The position numbers and the translations under genes were made by a program. Below, piece after piece: positions 49,186 through 60,102 of a stretch of DNA of 60,945 nt (positions within the stretch are counted from its first letter, which is position 1; each line of letters opens with the position of its first letter). The notes beneath the pieces are model-generated. The model was not told the DNA's origin, did not search any database, and was given only the letters and a program-made list of their open reading frames with translations. The DNA comes from a virus (lineage: Duplodnaviria; Caudoviricetes), in the IMG/VR virus record IMGVR_UViG_3300025122_000014, positions 1-60,945 of that record. One strand, given 5' to 3'.

Positions 49186-51489
49186 ATGTCGATGTCAACA
49201 CAAAATAGTCCGAACCCATCTTCATTTAGAGGAAGATTTTGGTACCAAACATACGGTAATCCGTTTTTTACCAATTATAGTTATACTCATACACCTAGTT
49301 CAGAATCTAAAGGTAGTATAACTGGTATAGGAGTATCAGGGGGTACACCACCATATACTATAACGTGGGCTAATAATGCAGCAGGAACAACTTATACTGG
49401 TAATAGTTTAGGAAATTTAAGTGCAGGGAGTTATACTGGTGTATGTATGGATAATAATTCGTTATCTGGTAGCGTTATTGTTGTTATTTCAGGTACAACT
49501 GATTTAAGTATAGGAGCTACTTTATCAACCCAAGATTGTTTATTATCTGCAAACACCAAGTGTGCGATTACAGTGGATTCTTTTACTAAACCAGAAACTT
49601 CAGGTGTTTACAAATATCTTTTATATAAAGATGGGGACCTGGATGAAATTTTTGATGGTATAGCGGGGGAAGAAGTACATACTTTTAGTGATATAGATAA
49701 TGCAATTTATTCAGTAGTAGGTGTAGATGATAATAATCCTACTTTTTATGTGAATAATACATTATATTGTGGGGTTACAGGTGGAACAACATTTTATGAT
49801 TCTAGTTATAGTGCAGGAACCAACCCAGTGGGGATAACTTTTGGTTTGCCAGCGGATACTAAAAATTGGTTCCCAGTCACACACTATAGACCTGGACTCA
49901 TATACATTAACGGAAAAAAATATTTAACTGGTTTACAAGATAATGGTTCTATATTAAACACGTCAGACCCAAAAATGTGGTTTTATACTGGAGCCACTAG
50001 TCTAAGAGCAACAGATAGAAGGAAGAATTGGTATAGAGGAGCTCATAATGTATCAGTTTTAGAAGGAGGTATACCTGATACGGCTATAGTTCCTGACACA
50101 CCATTATATTCATTGTCTGGTGCAACATTAGTGATAGAAAATAAAGGGTGTTTCTTTTTGAATACCTTTAATAATAAAATATACATTATTGATGAGGCTC
50201 AAAAGGATACCACCTGTACTTGGTTTACTGTAGACCCAAGAAAAAACCAACAAACAGCAGGAAACCCTACTTCACAATATCAATACACAACCCAAGATTG
50301 GCAACCAGTTGCGGTTGATGATGAATATCAATATACTACAACTGGTGTTACAATGGGGGATACGTGGTATAGTGGATGTAGTAGGGCACGTGGATATCTA
50401 CGAGAAATGGGAGCAGAAGCATTAGGTATTAGGAAGGAAGATTCCGAAGGTTATATTAATACCAGTATGTTGGTAACACCATGCGGGTATAATAATTATG
50501 TGTTTGAAACAACAATAGCAGACTCTGATACATCGAGAACACCATTAAGCCCTATGGGTATAGTTTTAGCACAATTTACTGATGCTGCAGGATACTATGG
50601 TACAAAAGGTGTGACATATGATTTAACTTTTGGTTTAAATAGTTTATCTGCTGACACAATAATAAGTTCTAGTGAACAAGTATTTCCAGGAGCGGCTGTT
50701 GTTTATTATAATGTAAGAGATAGACAAGAGTATGGTTCTGTTACTAGTTTTAGTGATAATAATCAGTTATTTAATGATGTATTATTAAGTCAGAAATATG
50801 GTAATACCCCTATAAATGGTGGGGTTACAGCAGTAACTGGTAATGTTAATAGATATTATTCATTATATGACCATGGATGTATTAGACTTAGAGCGGAAAG
50901 ATATGGCCAATATGGTGAGAAGTTTAAAATAAGAATGACAGACACTTTAGGGAATAATGGTGGAGTCCAAAGTGGAGCTACTTGTGGGTTAGTTAGTGGT
51001 GACTCAAGTTATCAAACAACTTATGATATCCAATTTAATTTATTAAACCCAACCACGTGGACAGGAACATCTAACAATGCCCCAAGTTACGCACAAGGAA
51101 CTGAATTATTAAAATTCTTAGGTAATCAAAGAGTTGGTATATGGGGCATGAATATGGGACCAAATAATATGTGGTATGATTTCTATTTATCTGGTTCACA
51201 AAGTAATATGGTTGTAGATAATTCTTCTTATGTTAAAAATACACTTGTAACCGAAGAAGAGTTAGAAGAGTTAACCAAAACAAACCAAATAATAGATACT
51301 TCCACTGTGAACTCAGCTACAACAAATGTTTCATTTACTACATTTGTTGAAAATGATTATTATAAACAATATGGTGGTGGATTACCGAATATACCATGGA
51401 TAAGGCCCAATGTCCTTATAGATGTACAAGAAATAAAAGATAATGTAGGATTCACAATAACTGGAGGGACAAAAATAAGTGATAGTTAA
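49186..51489 (+). CDS. Putative tail fibre/baseplate appendage with N-terminal SprB-like repeat
   Basis: 767 aa; KGSITGIGVSGGTPPYTITW...LGNLSAGSYTGVCMDNN matches the SprB repeat pattern; S/T/G/N-rich. Confidence 0.65.
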   Translation: MSMSTQNSPNPSSFRGRFWYQTYGNPFFTNYSYTHTPSSESKGSITGIGVSGGTPPYTITWANNAAGTTYTGNSLGNLSAGSYTGVCMDNNSLSGSVIVVISGTTDLSIGATLSTQDCLLSANTKCAITVDSFTKPETSGVYKYLLYKDGDLDEIFDGIAGEEVHTFSDIDNAIYSVVGVDDNNPTFYVNNTLYCGVTGGTTFYDSSYSAGTNPVGITFGLPADTKNWFPVTHYRPGLIYINGKKYLTGLQDNGSILNTSDPKMWFYTGATSLRATDRRKNWYRGAHNVSVLEGGIPDTAIVPDTPLYSLSGATLVIENKGCFFLNTFNNKIYIIDEAQKDTTCTWFTVDPRKNQQTAGNPTSQYQYTTQDWQPVAVDDEYQYTTTGVTMGDTWYSGCSRARGYLREMGAEALGIRKEDSEGYINTSMLVTPCGYNNYVFETTIADSDTSRTPLSPMGIVLAQFTDAAGYYGTKGVTYDLTFGLNSLSADTIISSSEQVFPGAAVVYYNVRDRQEYGSVTSFSDNNQLFNDVLLSQKYGNTPINGGVTAVTGNVNRYYSLYDHGCIRLRAERYGQYGEKFKIRMTDTLGNNGGVQSGATCGLVSGDSSYQTTYDIQFNLLNPTTWTGTSNNAPSYAQGTELLKFLGNQRVGIWGMNMGPNNMWYDFYLSGSQSNMVVDNSSYVKNTLVTEEELEELTKTNQIIDTSTVNSATTNVSFTTFVENDYYKQYGGGLPNIPWIRPNVLIDVQEIKDNVGFTITGGTKISDS

Positions 51490-51490
51490 T

Positions 51491-52987
51491 ATGGAAACGG
51501 CAACACCACATATCAATCAGTATATATATAATGTTTCAAACACTAGTGCATTTACACTTTATTGTGAATGGACCAATAATAATAATGAAATAGTTAATAG
51601 AAACGGTATACCTAAAGTAGATGTTTTTGCTTACCTACCAGAAGAAAATAAATTTTTACAACATTCATATATGACAAAGATTTTTGACAATTTTGTTGTA
51701 ATGACAGGGACCACTGGTTATATAGTAAGAGCATCTGATGATATTTTATTAGGCCAATTAGATTCCTTCGATTTTTGGGAATATATGATTAAACCGAGTT
51801 ATCTTTATAGAGATAAGTTGGAAAAAATTGTAAATAAACCTAATGGTATTACTGTAATGAGTGGAGAAAGTAATAGTTGGTTTGATACACTTGACACTAA
51901 TCCTACACCTAATACACAATATGGTTTTTATAATCCAGAAACAGATTATTATTTTGTAGTGATTAGAGACCCTGGTAAACCTGTATTAGAAGCGATAGGA
52001 TTCTCATATCCAGAAAATAATGATTGTAGGTTATACCAACAAAAATTTAATATACAATATTGTAGTTCAGCTGGAACATCTTCTGAGAATTCATTTGGTT
52101 CTACTAGTGATGGTAATTGTTTGGTTTATGGGTCAGCCTATACAGTCGTATTAGACTATAGAAATATAGGGTCAACACAAGTAGCGGTAAATGGTACAAC
52201 ATTAACACCCACTACTCCTTCTGATACTGCTTTTGATAATGGAGATTATTCCACAACTCAGAACACAGTAACATTTGCACCATACACAGTAGAAAGTGGA
52301 GATACGGTTAATATGACATACGCTCCTTTTAGTAGTAGTAGAAGTTACCACATACAAAATGCTAGAGTTCCAAATAATGTGACTAGTGCAACCACGGATA
52401 CTATATTCCATAATGGCTATTATTATTTTATAAATTTAGACTATATGTCTTATGGGAATGTTGGTGTTGTATTTAATGGTTCTATTTTGTCAGATACTGG
52501 AGATTATAGTTTAGTTAATAATACGACTATACAATTAAATGGTGTTAACTATCCTGGAGGTCTTACATCTGGGGATACTTTCAGTGTATTTTATATGACT
52601 TATTTTACTTTAGAAGGTATAGCGACTGTAAAAGAACCAAAAATAGATGTATTAGTAGAGAATTATAATAGAATTGATAGTGATTATGTATTATATGTGT
52701 ATAATGCAAGTGGACAAACAGTAAGTACACAAACAGAAAAAATACCTAAAGGGGTACAATATACCAAACCTATAAGTTTGCCCGCAATAGTTCCAGGGCC
52801 AGGAAGTTACACTTATAAGGTGATTCAAAATGCGTATTACCCCTTAATAAATAATAAAACGATAGTTACCAGTAATAACAGTGACACCATTTCCTTTAGG
52901 ATGGATGCAAGTACATTTTATGCTGCAAAAAGTGATACAAATCTAAATCCTGGTAGGAATTTCGGTTTTAGTGGACCTGGATACTAA
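51491..52987 (+). CDS. Putative tail/baseplate protein with two repeated beta modules
   Basis: Start ATG 51491; internal repeat VAVNGTTL...GDYS...TVTF...SGDTVNMTY and VVFNGSIL...GDYS...TIQL...SGDTFSVFY. Confidence 0.65.
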   Translation: METATPHINQYIYNVSNTSAFTLYCEWTNNNNEIVNRNGIPKVDVFAYLPEENKFLQHSYMTKIFDNFVVMTGTTGYIVRASDDILLGQLDSFDFWEYMIKPSYLYRDKLEKIVNKPNGITVMSGESNSWFDTLDTNPTPNTQYGFYNPETDYYFVVIRDPGKPVLEAIGFSYPENNDCRLYQQKFNIQYCSSAGTSSENSFGSTSDGNCLVYGSAYTVVLDYRNIGSTQVAVNGTTLTPTTPSDTAFDNGDYSTTQNTVTFAPYTVESGDTVNMTYAPFSSSRSYHIQNARVPNNVTSATTDTIFHNGYYYFINLDYMSYGNVGVVFNGSILSDTGDYSLVNNTTIQLNGVNYPGGLTSGDTFSVFYMTYFTLEGIATVKEPKIDVLVENYNRIDSDYVLYVYNASGQTVSTQTEKIPKGVQYTKPISLPAIVPGPGSYTYKVIQNAYYPLINNKTIVTSNNSDTISFRMDASTFYAAKSDTNLNPGRNFGFSGPGY

Positions 52988-53005
52988 AATAACTGATATG
53001 AATAA

Positions 53006-53012
53006 TATTTAT
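53006..53012 (+). promoter_or_regulatory. TATTTAT motif, putative late promoter
   Basis: 17 nt upstream of ATG 53030. Confidence 0.65.
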
Positions 53013-53029
53013 CATAAAATAGATTAAGA

Positions 53030-55519
53030 ATGAGTTACCTAATAAAAAGCACTTCAGGGTTGATAGCCGTTCGATTAACCGATGCGGGCAGAAAGAGATT
53101 GTCACAAGGACAGCTTAATTTTTCATTATTCCAATTAGGGGATAGTGAAATGTGTTATGACTGTTACACTAACAGTTTACCCCAATCCTCAGGAATCAAT
53201 ATACTAAGACCAGAATATAACGCACAGAATATTTCTAATTCTGCGAATGAACGAAATAAAGCACATGTAAAATATCCAGTACCTATTACGGCCCAACAAA
53301 GTGGGTCAACCTATGGGTTACTTACACCCGCACATGCCGAAACAACGGTATATAATAGAGCAAAAACTAGAGGATTTTTTAGTTCTACTACAACTACAGA
53401 AGGTAGTGAATACAGTGCATTTACTAATTCTACTTATGCTCATTCTTCTGATTGGTGTTTTCCAGTTTCCGCGATGACAGGTGGTACATATATTACCCTA
53501 CTAAGTGGGGTAACTAACTGTAATGACTCTAGTACCTATTATCCACAACCTGGTGATTTCTTATTAGTACAATATGATGGTCTATTTTCTGCTAATACCC
53601 CATGTTGGGACAGTATGTTACCATTCGATATAACCCAGGCAAATCCTTATCTATGGTATCAATTTATGTCAGGAGCAACCTCAGCTAATACCGCTAGTCA
53701 GTTTGCTAGTGGTGGTAATTTAACAGGGACTCAAATTTATCTTCCAGTTGGTGATTACCTACCAAATTGGGCATCAACTGCTGGCGGTTCAGGTGTGCAT
53801 CCATACTCAGCGAGTGTAAATTCTATTTTTTGTGTTAATACATTAATAATACCTTCTGGACCAATGAGTAATTATTATGGTGCTACTACACCAGTACCAT
53901 ACTGGTCTCCAGGTTCATTAACATTTGAAAATAATTGTGACATTTCTGTTGCGGATGTTTCCATGTGGAATATGAATATAAACTGGACGGAAACAGTGGC
54001 CGGTGCAGATACTAGTACATATGGTAGTGTAGATACCTATGGTTCAAGTGGTTATTGTGGAACCAAAGAATATCTAGGGTATAATAGTAACTCTGGACAA
54101 TTTGATACCACACAACAACCAGATGATTATTATCCATCAATTATTTCCGGTACATATATTAGAGATTCTTTCAGTAAAGTGAGAGCAGTTCTACCAGAAG
54201 ACCAAAAATGTATAGCAATATTACATTATACCAACCAAACTATATCTAATTTCTATGGTGAGAAATTTGCTATGGAAGTAGCAGGGACTCAGTTAAATGG
54301 ATATGGTGAAGCTAAGAATTTTAAGATTTGTATACCTTGGTTAATGTGGCATAAGAAAATAACCGCTAGTGCGGCTATAAATGCTTCTGTCCCATACGAC
54401 CCTAGCACAGGATTGGGTGACCAATGTGAGATAGGACAATGTTTTTGGGTTGACCCACCAGGATTCAATGTGTTTAATGAAGTAGGGGTACAATATATAC
54501 AATCTAACCCTAATCCGGACATGAATGACCCAGGATTAAGATATTATCACTTATGGGATAATAATCCAGTACAGAATTTAACAGGTGAGAACTCAAAACC
54601 AAACAGAGTAGGTAAAGTTTGGCCAGACTTTAAAATAATTACTTTTGATGATGAGGAAATATGTGCAGCTTTAGATATGAAATCTAGAAGAAATTGGACA
54701 CTCCCAATGCCAAAAGTAGAGTTAATAGAACCAGGAATCAATTGTGTTGGAGGAACCTTAGGTGGTGTAATAACAGACCCACCAATGATAGCAGCACAAA
54801 AACAATTATATGTTACATATCAATTACAAAACTTATCTGGTATGACTACAGGATTACATTGTAATTACTATAACATTATGAGAGGTTTAGATACAACTAT
54901 GGGTAACAGAGACATTTCAGTACAATTTGGTGCAGAATTTCCATATTTAAGACCAATTACAATGACCGCTTGTACCACATCTATGTCAGGTACAGGATGG
55001 CAGGCTCATACTTTAAAGATACTATATCAGATAACAGCCTTAGGAGATAGACCATCACCAGACCAATGGTTGGATGTTGATGTTACAAATCAGATAGGTG
55101 GTACACACACTATCGGTCTTCCTATTGAAGCTAAAAATTTAGTTACAGGTACAGGTAGCTACATACTAGGGGAATGGAATACTAGTGCGGCTACATACTA
55201 TAATTTACATGATTATATAAACATTCCATTAAACAATAGCCAAGAACCAAATCTACTACAGTTTGGTGACGGATACTTTTTCTTCGGCAACTTAAATTCT
55301 GATATAATGGCTACGATATATGAAATGAGATATCATGTTACATTAAATTCTAGTCAATTTGTTACATCTTTAAACCCAACGTGGAGCTCAACAAATAAAG
55401 TTAGAGTTACCGAAATAGGGTTATTTGATAATAACAAAGATTTATTAGCCATAGGAAAACTTAAAAGTCCACAAACAAGAATCGGTTCACAGCAATATGT
55501 TATCAAAGTTGACTTTTAA
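53030..55519 (+). CDS. Tail-collar/fibre attachment-type protein (DUF3751 / P2 gpH N-terminal-like halves around a large insert)
   Basis: N-terminal RLTDAGRKRLSQGQLNFSLFQLGDSE and C-terminal VRVTEIGLFDNNKDLLAIGKL. Confidence 0.6.
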   Translation: MSYLIKSTSGLIAVRLTDAGRKRLSQGQLNFSLFQLGDSEMCYDCYTNSLPQSSGINILRPEYNAQNISNSANERNKAHVKYPVPITAQQSGSTYGLLTPAHAETTVYNRAKTRGFFSSTTTTEGSEYSAFTNSTYAHSSDWCFPVSAMTGGTYITLLSGVTNCNDSSTYYPQPGDFLLVQYDGLFSANTPCWDSMLPFDITQANPYLWYQFMSGATSANTASQFASGGNLTGTQIYLPVGDYLPNWASTAGGSGVHPYSASVNSIFCVNTLIIPSGPMSNYYGATTPVPYWSPGSLTFENNCDISVADVSMWNMNINWTETVAGADTSTYGSVDTYGSSGYCGTKEYLGYNSNSGQFDTTQQPDDYYPSIISGTYIRDSFSKVRAVLPEDQKCIAILHYTNQTISNFYGEKFAMEVAGTQLNGYGEAKNFKICIPWLMWHKKITASAAINASVPYDPSTGLGDQCEIGQCFWVDPPGFNVFNEVGVQYIQSNPNPDMNDPGLRYYHLWDNNPVQNLTGENSKPNRVGKVWPDFKIITFDDEEICAALDMKSRRNWTLPMPKVELIEPGINCVGGTLGGVITDPPMIAAQKQLYVTYQLQNLSGMTTGLHCNYYNIMRGLDTTMGNRDISVQFGAEFPYLRPITMTACTTSMSGTGWQAHTLKILYQITALGDRPSPDQWLDVDVTNQIGGTHTIGLPIEAKNLVTGTGSYILGEWNTSAATYYNLHDYINIPLNNSQEPNLLQFGDGYFFFGNLNSDIMATIYEMRYHVTLNSSQFVTSLNPTWSSTNKVRVTEIGLFDNNKDLLAIGKLKSPQTRIGSQQYVIKVDF

Positions 55520-55522
55520 ATT

Positions 55523-57868
55523 ATGGGGTTTCTTGAATTTCAAGGTGAGTATCAGTTAGAGCTTTTTTTAACCGACAGAGGTAAACAAAAGATGATGGAA
55601 ATGAACGGCAAGGGGTTAGCAGACCTACTTGGCGGTTCAATCCAATCCCCTTCTGGTATACCTAATGGTGATGGGCATTTTTATTTATCTGATAATGATT
55701 TTGATTACGAAACTACACTATACGAACCATGTGAACCTGTAGTGTCACCTTGGATACAAGGAAATCAAGGTTATACGGGGTTAACTGGACCACTAGCTGA
55801 CGCACAATCTACACCATCAAATAGAATGCCTTGTTTCTTTCAAATGCCAGATGTGAGAGGCCAAAGATATTTCACAACTAACCATTGTACGTGGTATACG
55901 GGTGAGACTGCATTGACAGGAATGAGTCTTACTACTAATGTGTATGTTTTTTATGACCAAGTTACGTCATACACGGACTACTACGATATATACAACACAC
56001 CAAAGACTTCACCTCCACACTTAGCTGCACAAGCACACTTTTATTCAGCAGCTACCGCTTGGTTTACAACTTACCAAGCAGCAAATCCTGCCTATCGAGG
56101 GAAGATATATCACTTTGTGATGGACGACGCAAAAGAAGATAATACAATACCTGACACTTATGGAGGACATGGTAGATATTTGAGATGGGCTGCCTTCCCA
56201 GCGTATGGAATATTAGCTGGTGTTAAAAATAGTCCACCACCAGGTAGAGTAGACGCAGCCGGTACGAACTTAGCCTTGGCCGGGTTTTGGCCACCAGGTT
56301 CTAATTGGGTCTCAGGGGACGGAACAGGTATATTAGAAACAACAACACCAGATAATGATATATTTTGTATATTCTTTATGGGTAGTTCAGAAAGTTATGC
56401 GTCAGATGGTTACGGTATTCCGGCACTTGGTGCTCCGTTGGGAGTTGCAACGGATTGGACCGGTTTAGACATGCAAGCAGGATTAGGAAATAATTACCAA
56501 CAAGACTGGGAATATTTTGCAGGAAAGTCAGCAAATAATTGGACAGCTCAACAAACTGAATGGGCACAAGGCAATACATCTTTATATGTTGAAGGTGAAG
56601 GGGCTTTAGATTTTTATAGAAATACACCAACATACTCGCCAAACTCAGCACGAGGAGGATTTATAGGTTTAATATTCCCTATTGCTACTACTGGAGGAAC
56701 AGGGTGTGGCCAATACTCTAGTTTTAATTTACATGTTTATGGAGCACTAGAAGCAGGAAATAGTTCTGGTAATGGAACAGTAACAGCACCAAATACAGAT
56801 AATCCAAATCTATGTGTAGATTATGGTGCTTTAACTATTAGTAATCCGTATTATAGTAATGATTTAGAGGGCCCAGGAAACCTCCCAGGACTTAAAAATT
56901 TAGGGTTTGTAGCAGATTTAACACAATCTTTTTCTACTAATGGTACAGCTTGTAGTCCATCATTTTCAGCACTGACAGGGTCCAATTATACTTTTGGTTT
57001 TGGCGCCTCAACAGTACCACAATTCCTTCCAACTAATCCGTTATCTGCTAATACCCCATTTATAGTAGATACGTTTACTGGGACAAGTAATTTTAATTTC
57101 TTGAATCAAGCTCTTACAGGCTCTACTACCGGTAGAACAACTATGTTCATATCTACCGCTTGTACAATATGTTATTGCTTACCAGCAGTATTTAGACAAA
57201 GTACTTGTCCACCAGTAACTACAGTATCCACCACTATAGGACCACCATGCCCTAATCCACCATGTGACCCAGACCCAGAGATTGTTAGGTTATGTGATGG
57301 TAGTACTTATAGTACCGGAGGACAAATGGCAGCGGGGCCTATACAAGGACCAGTACAACCAGCCGCACCTATGTTACCTCTTGACCCTTTACAGTTACCA
57401 GGATGGGTGTTAGGTTATGAAGATTGTATGGAGTTAGAGATAGTAATGCAAATGATGCCAGTAGCTTATTTATCTCGTAACGTGGGAGCTGAAAGAATAG
57501 ATTATGATATAGAATTAAATGCTATAATCCCTAAGAAAAATCCTAAAGATAGTTTGTCTTATTATTGGTTGATGGAAGAATCACTAGTATATGATTATGA
57601 AATGAAACAATATATAACTAGACCATGTAAGGATTTAAGTATAGGTTATATTATGGCGAATGGAGGTAAAACATTAGATAAAAGATTTTATTTAAATGAC
57701 CTAAGAAAAAAGATAGATGACGAACATTATTGGCAAAGGGATGTGGAAGAATTTTGTTTATATTGTGTTGTCAACTATAATAATCAACAACTTTTAACCA
57801 AAAAAATGAGAATAAGAGTAAGTGGAGATGATGAATATGGATGGAAGTTCAATATAAAAGGAAGTTAA
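55523..57868 (+). CDS. Putative tail fibre-type protein, N-terminus paralogous to 53030
   Basis: MGFL...LFLTDRGKQKM...FYLSDNDFDY; G/T/P/C-rich body. Confidence 0.6.
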   Translation: MGFLEFQGEYQLELFLTDRGKQKMMEMNGKGLADLLGGSIQSPSGIPNGDGHFYLSDNDFDYETTLYEPCEPVVSPWIQGNQGYTGLTGPLADAQSTPSNRMPCFFQMPDVRGQRYFTTNHCTWYTGETALTGMSLTTNVYVFYDQVTSYTDYYDIYNTPKTSPPHLAAQAHFYSAATAWFTTYQAANPAYRGKIYHFVMDDAKEDNTIPDTYGGHGRYLRWAAFPAYGILAGVKNSPPPGRVDAAGTNLALAGFWPPGSNWVSGDGTGILETTTPDNDIFCIFFMGSSESYASDGYGIPALGAPLGVATDWTGLDMQAGLGNNYQQDWEYFAGKSANNWTAQQTEWAQGNTSLYVEGEGALDFYRNTPTYSPNSARGGFIGLIFPIATTGGTGCGQYSSFNLHVYGALEAGNSSGNGTVTAPNTDNPNLCVDYGALTISNPYYSNDLEGPGNLPGLKNLGFVADLTQSFSTNGTACSPSFSALTGSNYTFGFGASTVPQFLPTNPLSANTPFIVDTFTGTSNFNFLNQALTGSTTGRTTMFISTACTICYCLPAVFRQSTCPPVTTVSTTIGPPCPNPPCDPDPEIVRLCDGSTYSTGGQMAAGPIQGPVQPAAPMLPLDPLQLPGWVLGYEDCMELEIVMQMMPVAYLSRNVGAERIDYDIELNAIIPKKNPKDSLSYYWLMEESLVYDYEMKQYITRPCKDLSIGYIMANGGKTLDKRFYLNDLRKKIDDEHYWQRDVEEFCLYCVVNYNNQQLLTKKMRIRVSGDDEYGWKFNIKGS

Positions 57869-57927
57869 TGTCAATTTAGTGAAATATAATTGGCTAACAA
57901 AATAATTATATAAATAAGAAAACGAAT

Positions 57928-59601
57928 ATGGGTTTTATTACAAGTGCAACAACAGTTTATTTAGACTTACATACTACAGAGTATGGTAGGGAATTTTTAT
58001 TGCAAGGAGGTCTAGGTGACAAAATAACAAAGTTCACATTAGGTGATTCAGATACAGATTATAAAAACACTACAAACCCGTTACCTACAGGATATGTTCC
58101 TGATGTAACAGGAGCACATAACGATTGTATATTTGGTGTTAATAATGGTTTTGAGATAAAATATAAATTAGAATATATTACTGGAATGAGCTCAGCTTTA
58201 GACCAAGCTGCAACACAAAGTCATATGATGTTTATGTTCTTAGATAACCAAGGAAGTAAGACGTACAGTAAGGGGGCTAATGTAGAGGTTTATATGCATG
58301 ATTTAATGGTATTGTATAAAGCATTCTCTCATGCACAGGCAAAATATCAGACCTGGAGTGGATTCTCAGCTAAAACTTATGAAGACTGGTTTACAACAAC
58401 TACTGATAGTGAAGGGTTTAGTATAGGTAGAGATATGGCGAGTCTATATTATAAATTAGCTGATATGGGTAGAGATTTCTACTTAGACATTTATGACGGT
58501 ATTGTTTTACAAAGAGGTGGTATGTTTGAACACACCAACATTAAACTTGTACCAGAAACACCTAAAGATTTAGCTATATTTAAAAAATTAACAGGAGCGG
58601 CAGTAATAGAACAAACCGGTCAAGCAGGGAGAGCTGATTTTTATAAAGGTGCAAGAATCGGTTTACAAACTAAGACCACCATTCGTTCACCATATTCTTT
58701 AACAACTTCATCTGCTTATGATGAAAATGGTAGAGTTTTTGCGGGAGCAGGCCCTTTTGGTATAGCATTTGGTTTACAGGAATATGGATATATTGTAGGT
58801 GATGGATTAAACCCACAAGACACAAGTTATACAAACTATGGATTCTCTAATGAAAAAGGAGGGTTCTACCAAGGTATATATGTAGAAAACGATACGAATG
58901 CTAGAAATTTAGGAGAATTTAATAATGTAGTTCCTGCAGCAAGAATAGCTACTGATAATAAATTTGGATATTATTATCCTCTAAATCCTGTTAAACAATT
59001 AAATGTTAGTGTGAAAAAGAATGTGTTTAGAGCAACTCCACAATCACATTTCGATGGAACCACCCTAACCCAATCGTCTTCTGCATTAGAAACTTTCTTA
59101 TCCTTTGCTGCTGGAACAGCGGAGTATAGAATAGGGACACCTAGTGCGGGATACGATAAAACTTTATCTGTGAACTGGGTAGATAGTTCTACAGAACCTT
59201 ATACAATGTTAACACGACATTATGACTATATGGATTCGTTCTTTACCGCTTTAAATAGTGATTCAGATGTAAGTAATTCTATAACTTTAAGTGGTGGAAA
59301 TAACAACTATAACATAAACTTTAAAATGAATTTATTAGCATACTCTACAGACTTTCCAGATGTCACACCAGCAAGAATAAGTGTGACGTTCATTTTTGAT
59401 AAAAATGCTATGAAAGAAAGTGTCGCTTGGGATTACTCCACAAATACCAAAGCAGCACGATGGAGATTATTCGGTAACACCAACGTTAGATTCTATGGTG
59501 AAAACTATAAGGATTTATCTGGTGGCAATTATGCTGTGAGTCCATTAAATAACACAAATGATGCAGGTGGTAGCATCTTTAGAAAAGTTACATTATCATG
59601 A
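57928..59601 (+). CDS. Putative tail fibre-type protein, N-terminus paralogous to 53030
   Basis: MGFI...LHTTEYGREFLLQG...ITKFTLGDSDTDY. Confidence 0.6.
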   Translation: MGFITSATTVYLDLHTTEYGREFLLQGGLGDKITKFTLGDSDTDYKNTTNPLPTGYVPDVTGAHNDCIFGVNNGFEIKYKLEYITGMSSALDQAATQSHMMFMFLDNQGSKTYSKGANVEVYMHDLMVLYKAFSHAQAKYQTWSGFSAKTYEDWFTTTTDSEGFSIGRDMASLYYKLADMGRDFYLDIYDGIVLQRGGMFEHTNIKLVPETPKDLAIFKKLTGAAVIEQTGQAGRADFYKGARIGLQTKTTIRSPYSLTTSSAYDENGRVFAGAGPFGIAFGLQEYGYIVGDGLNPQDTSYTNYGFSNEKGGFYQGIYVENDTNARNLGEFNNVVPAARIATDNKFGYYYPLNPVKQLNVSVKKNVFRATPQSHFDGTTLTQSSSALETFLSFAAGTAEYRIGTPSAGYDKTLSVNWVDSSTEPYTMLTRHYDYMDSFFTALNSDSDVSNSITLSGGNNNYNINFKMNLLAYSTDFPDVTPARISVTFIFDKNAMKESVAWDYSTNTKAARWRLFGNTNVRFYGENYKDLSGGNYAVSPLNNTNDAGGSIFRKVTLS

Positions 59602-60077
59602 CACAAGACGTAATTAGAACACTTATAACAGAATTTCCAGATAATCACGGGTCTAAGATATCCAAGATACCTTATTTTGGGGTAAGTCCAATTCCAGATA
59701 CGGAAAAACAGAGACACAGAACTGCGGTATACGATAAAACCCCAGGGGAAGTCATATCAACATATGAACCAGCTAAATATATTTCGGTTGATACTACAAT
59801 TGGTAGAACTGATGTAAAAGGTAAGACTTGGGCTTCATGTTCTAATGCAATTTCGTATAATAATACTAATAAGGCTTTGAACGACCCAAGATACTACTAC
59901 AGGTTTTTCTATCCTTCTAGAGACACGTTAGGGGTGTCAAATAACGGAAATATAGTAGTAGTATCTCTTACTCCTATGAGGTCAACACCACCGACAGCTC
60001 AACAGGCAATCACCCCTACTTCAGCAGGAGGAGGAACGACGAGTTCAGGAGGTATGAGTACGGGAGGAGGCTATTAA
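59598..60077 (+). CDS. Hypothetical protein
   Basis: 159 aa; ATGA overlap with the upstream stop; low-complexity G/S/T tail ending GGGY. Confidence 0.65.
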   Translation: MTQDVIRTLITEFPDNHGSKISKIPYFGVSPIPDTEKQRHRTAVYDKTPGEVISTYEPAKYISVDTTIGRTDVKGKTWASCSNAISYNNTNKALNDPRYYYRFFYPSRDTLGVSNNGNIVVVSLTPMRSTPPTAQQAITPTSAGGGTTSSGGMSTGGGY

Positions 60078-60102
60078 TTAAAAAGATTAAAAATTAAAAA
60101 AA

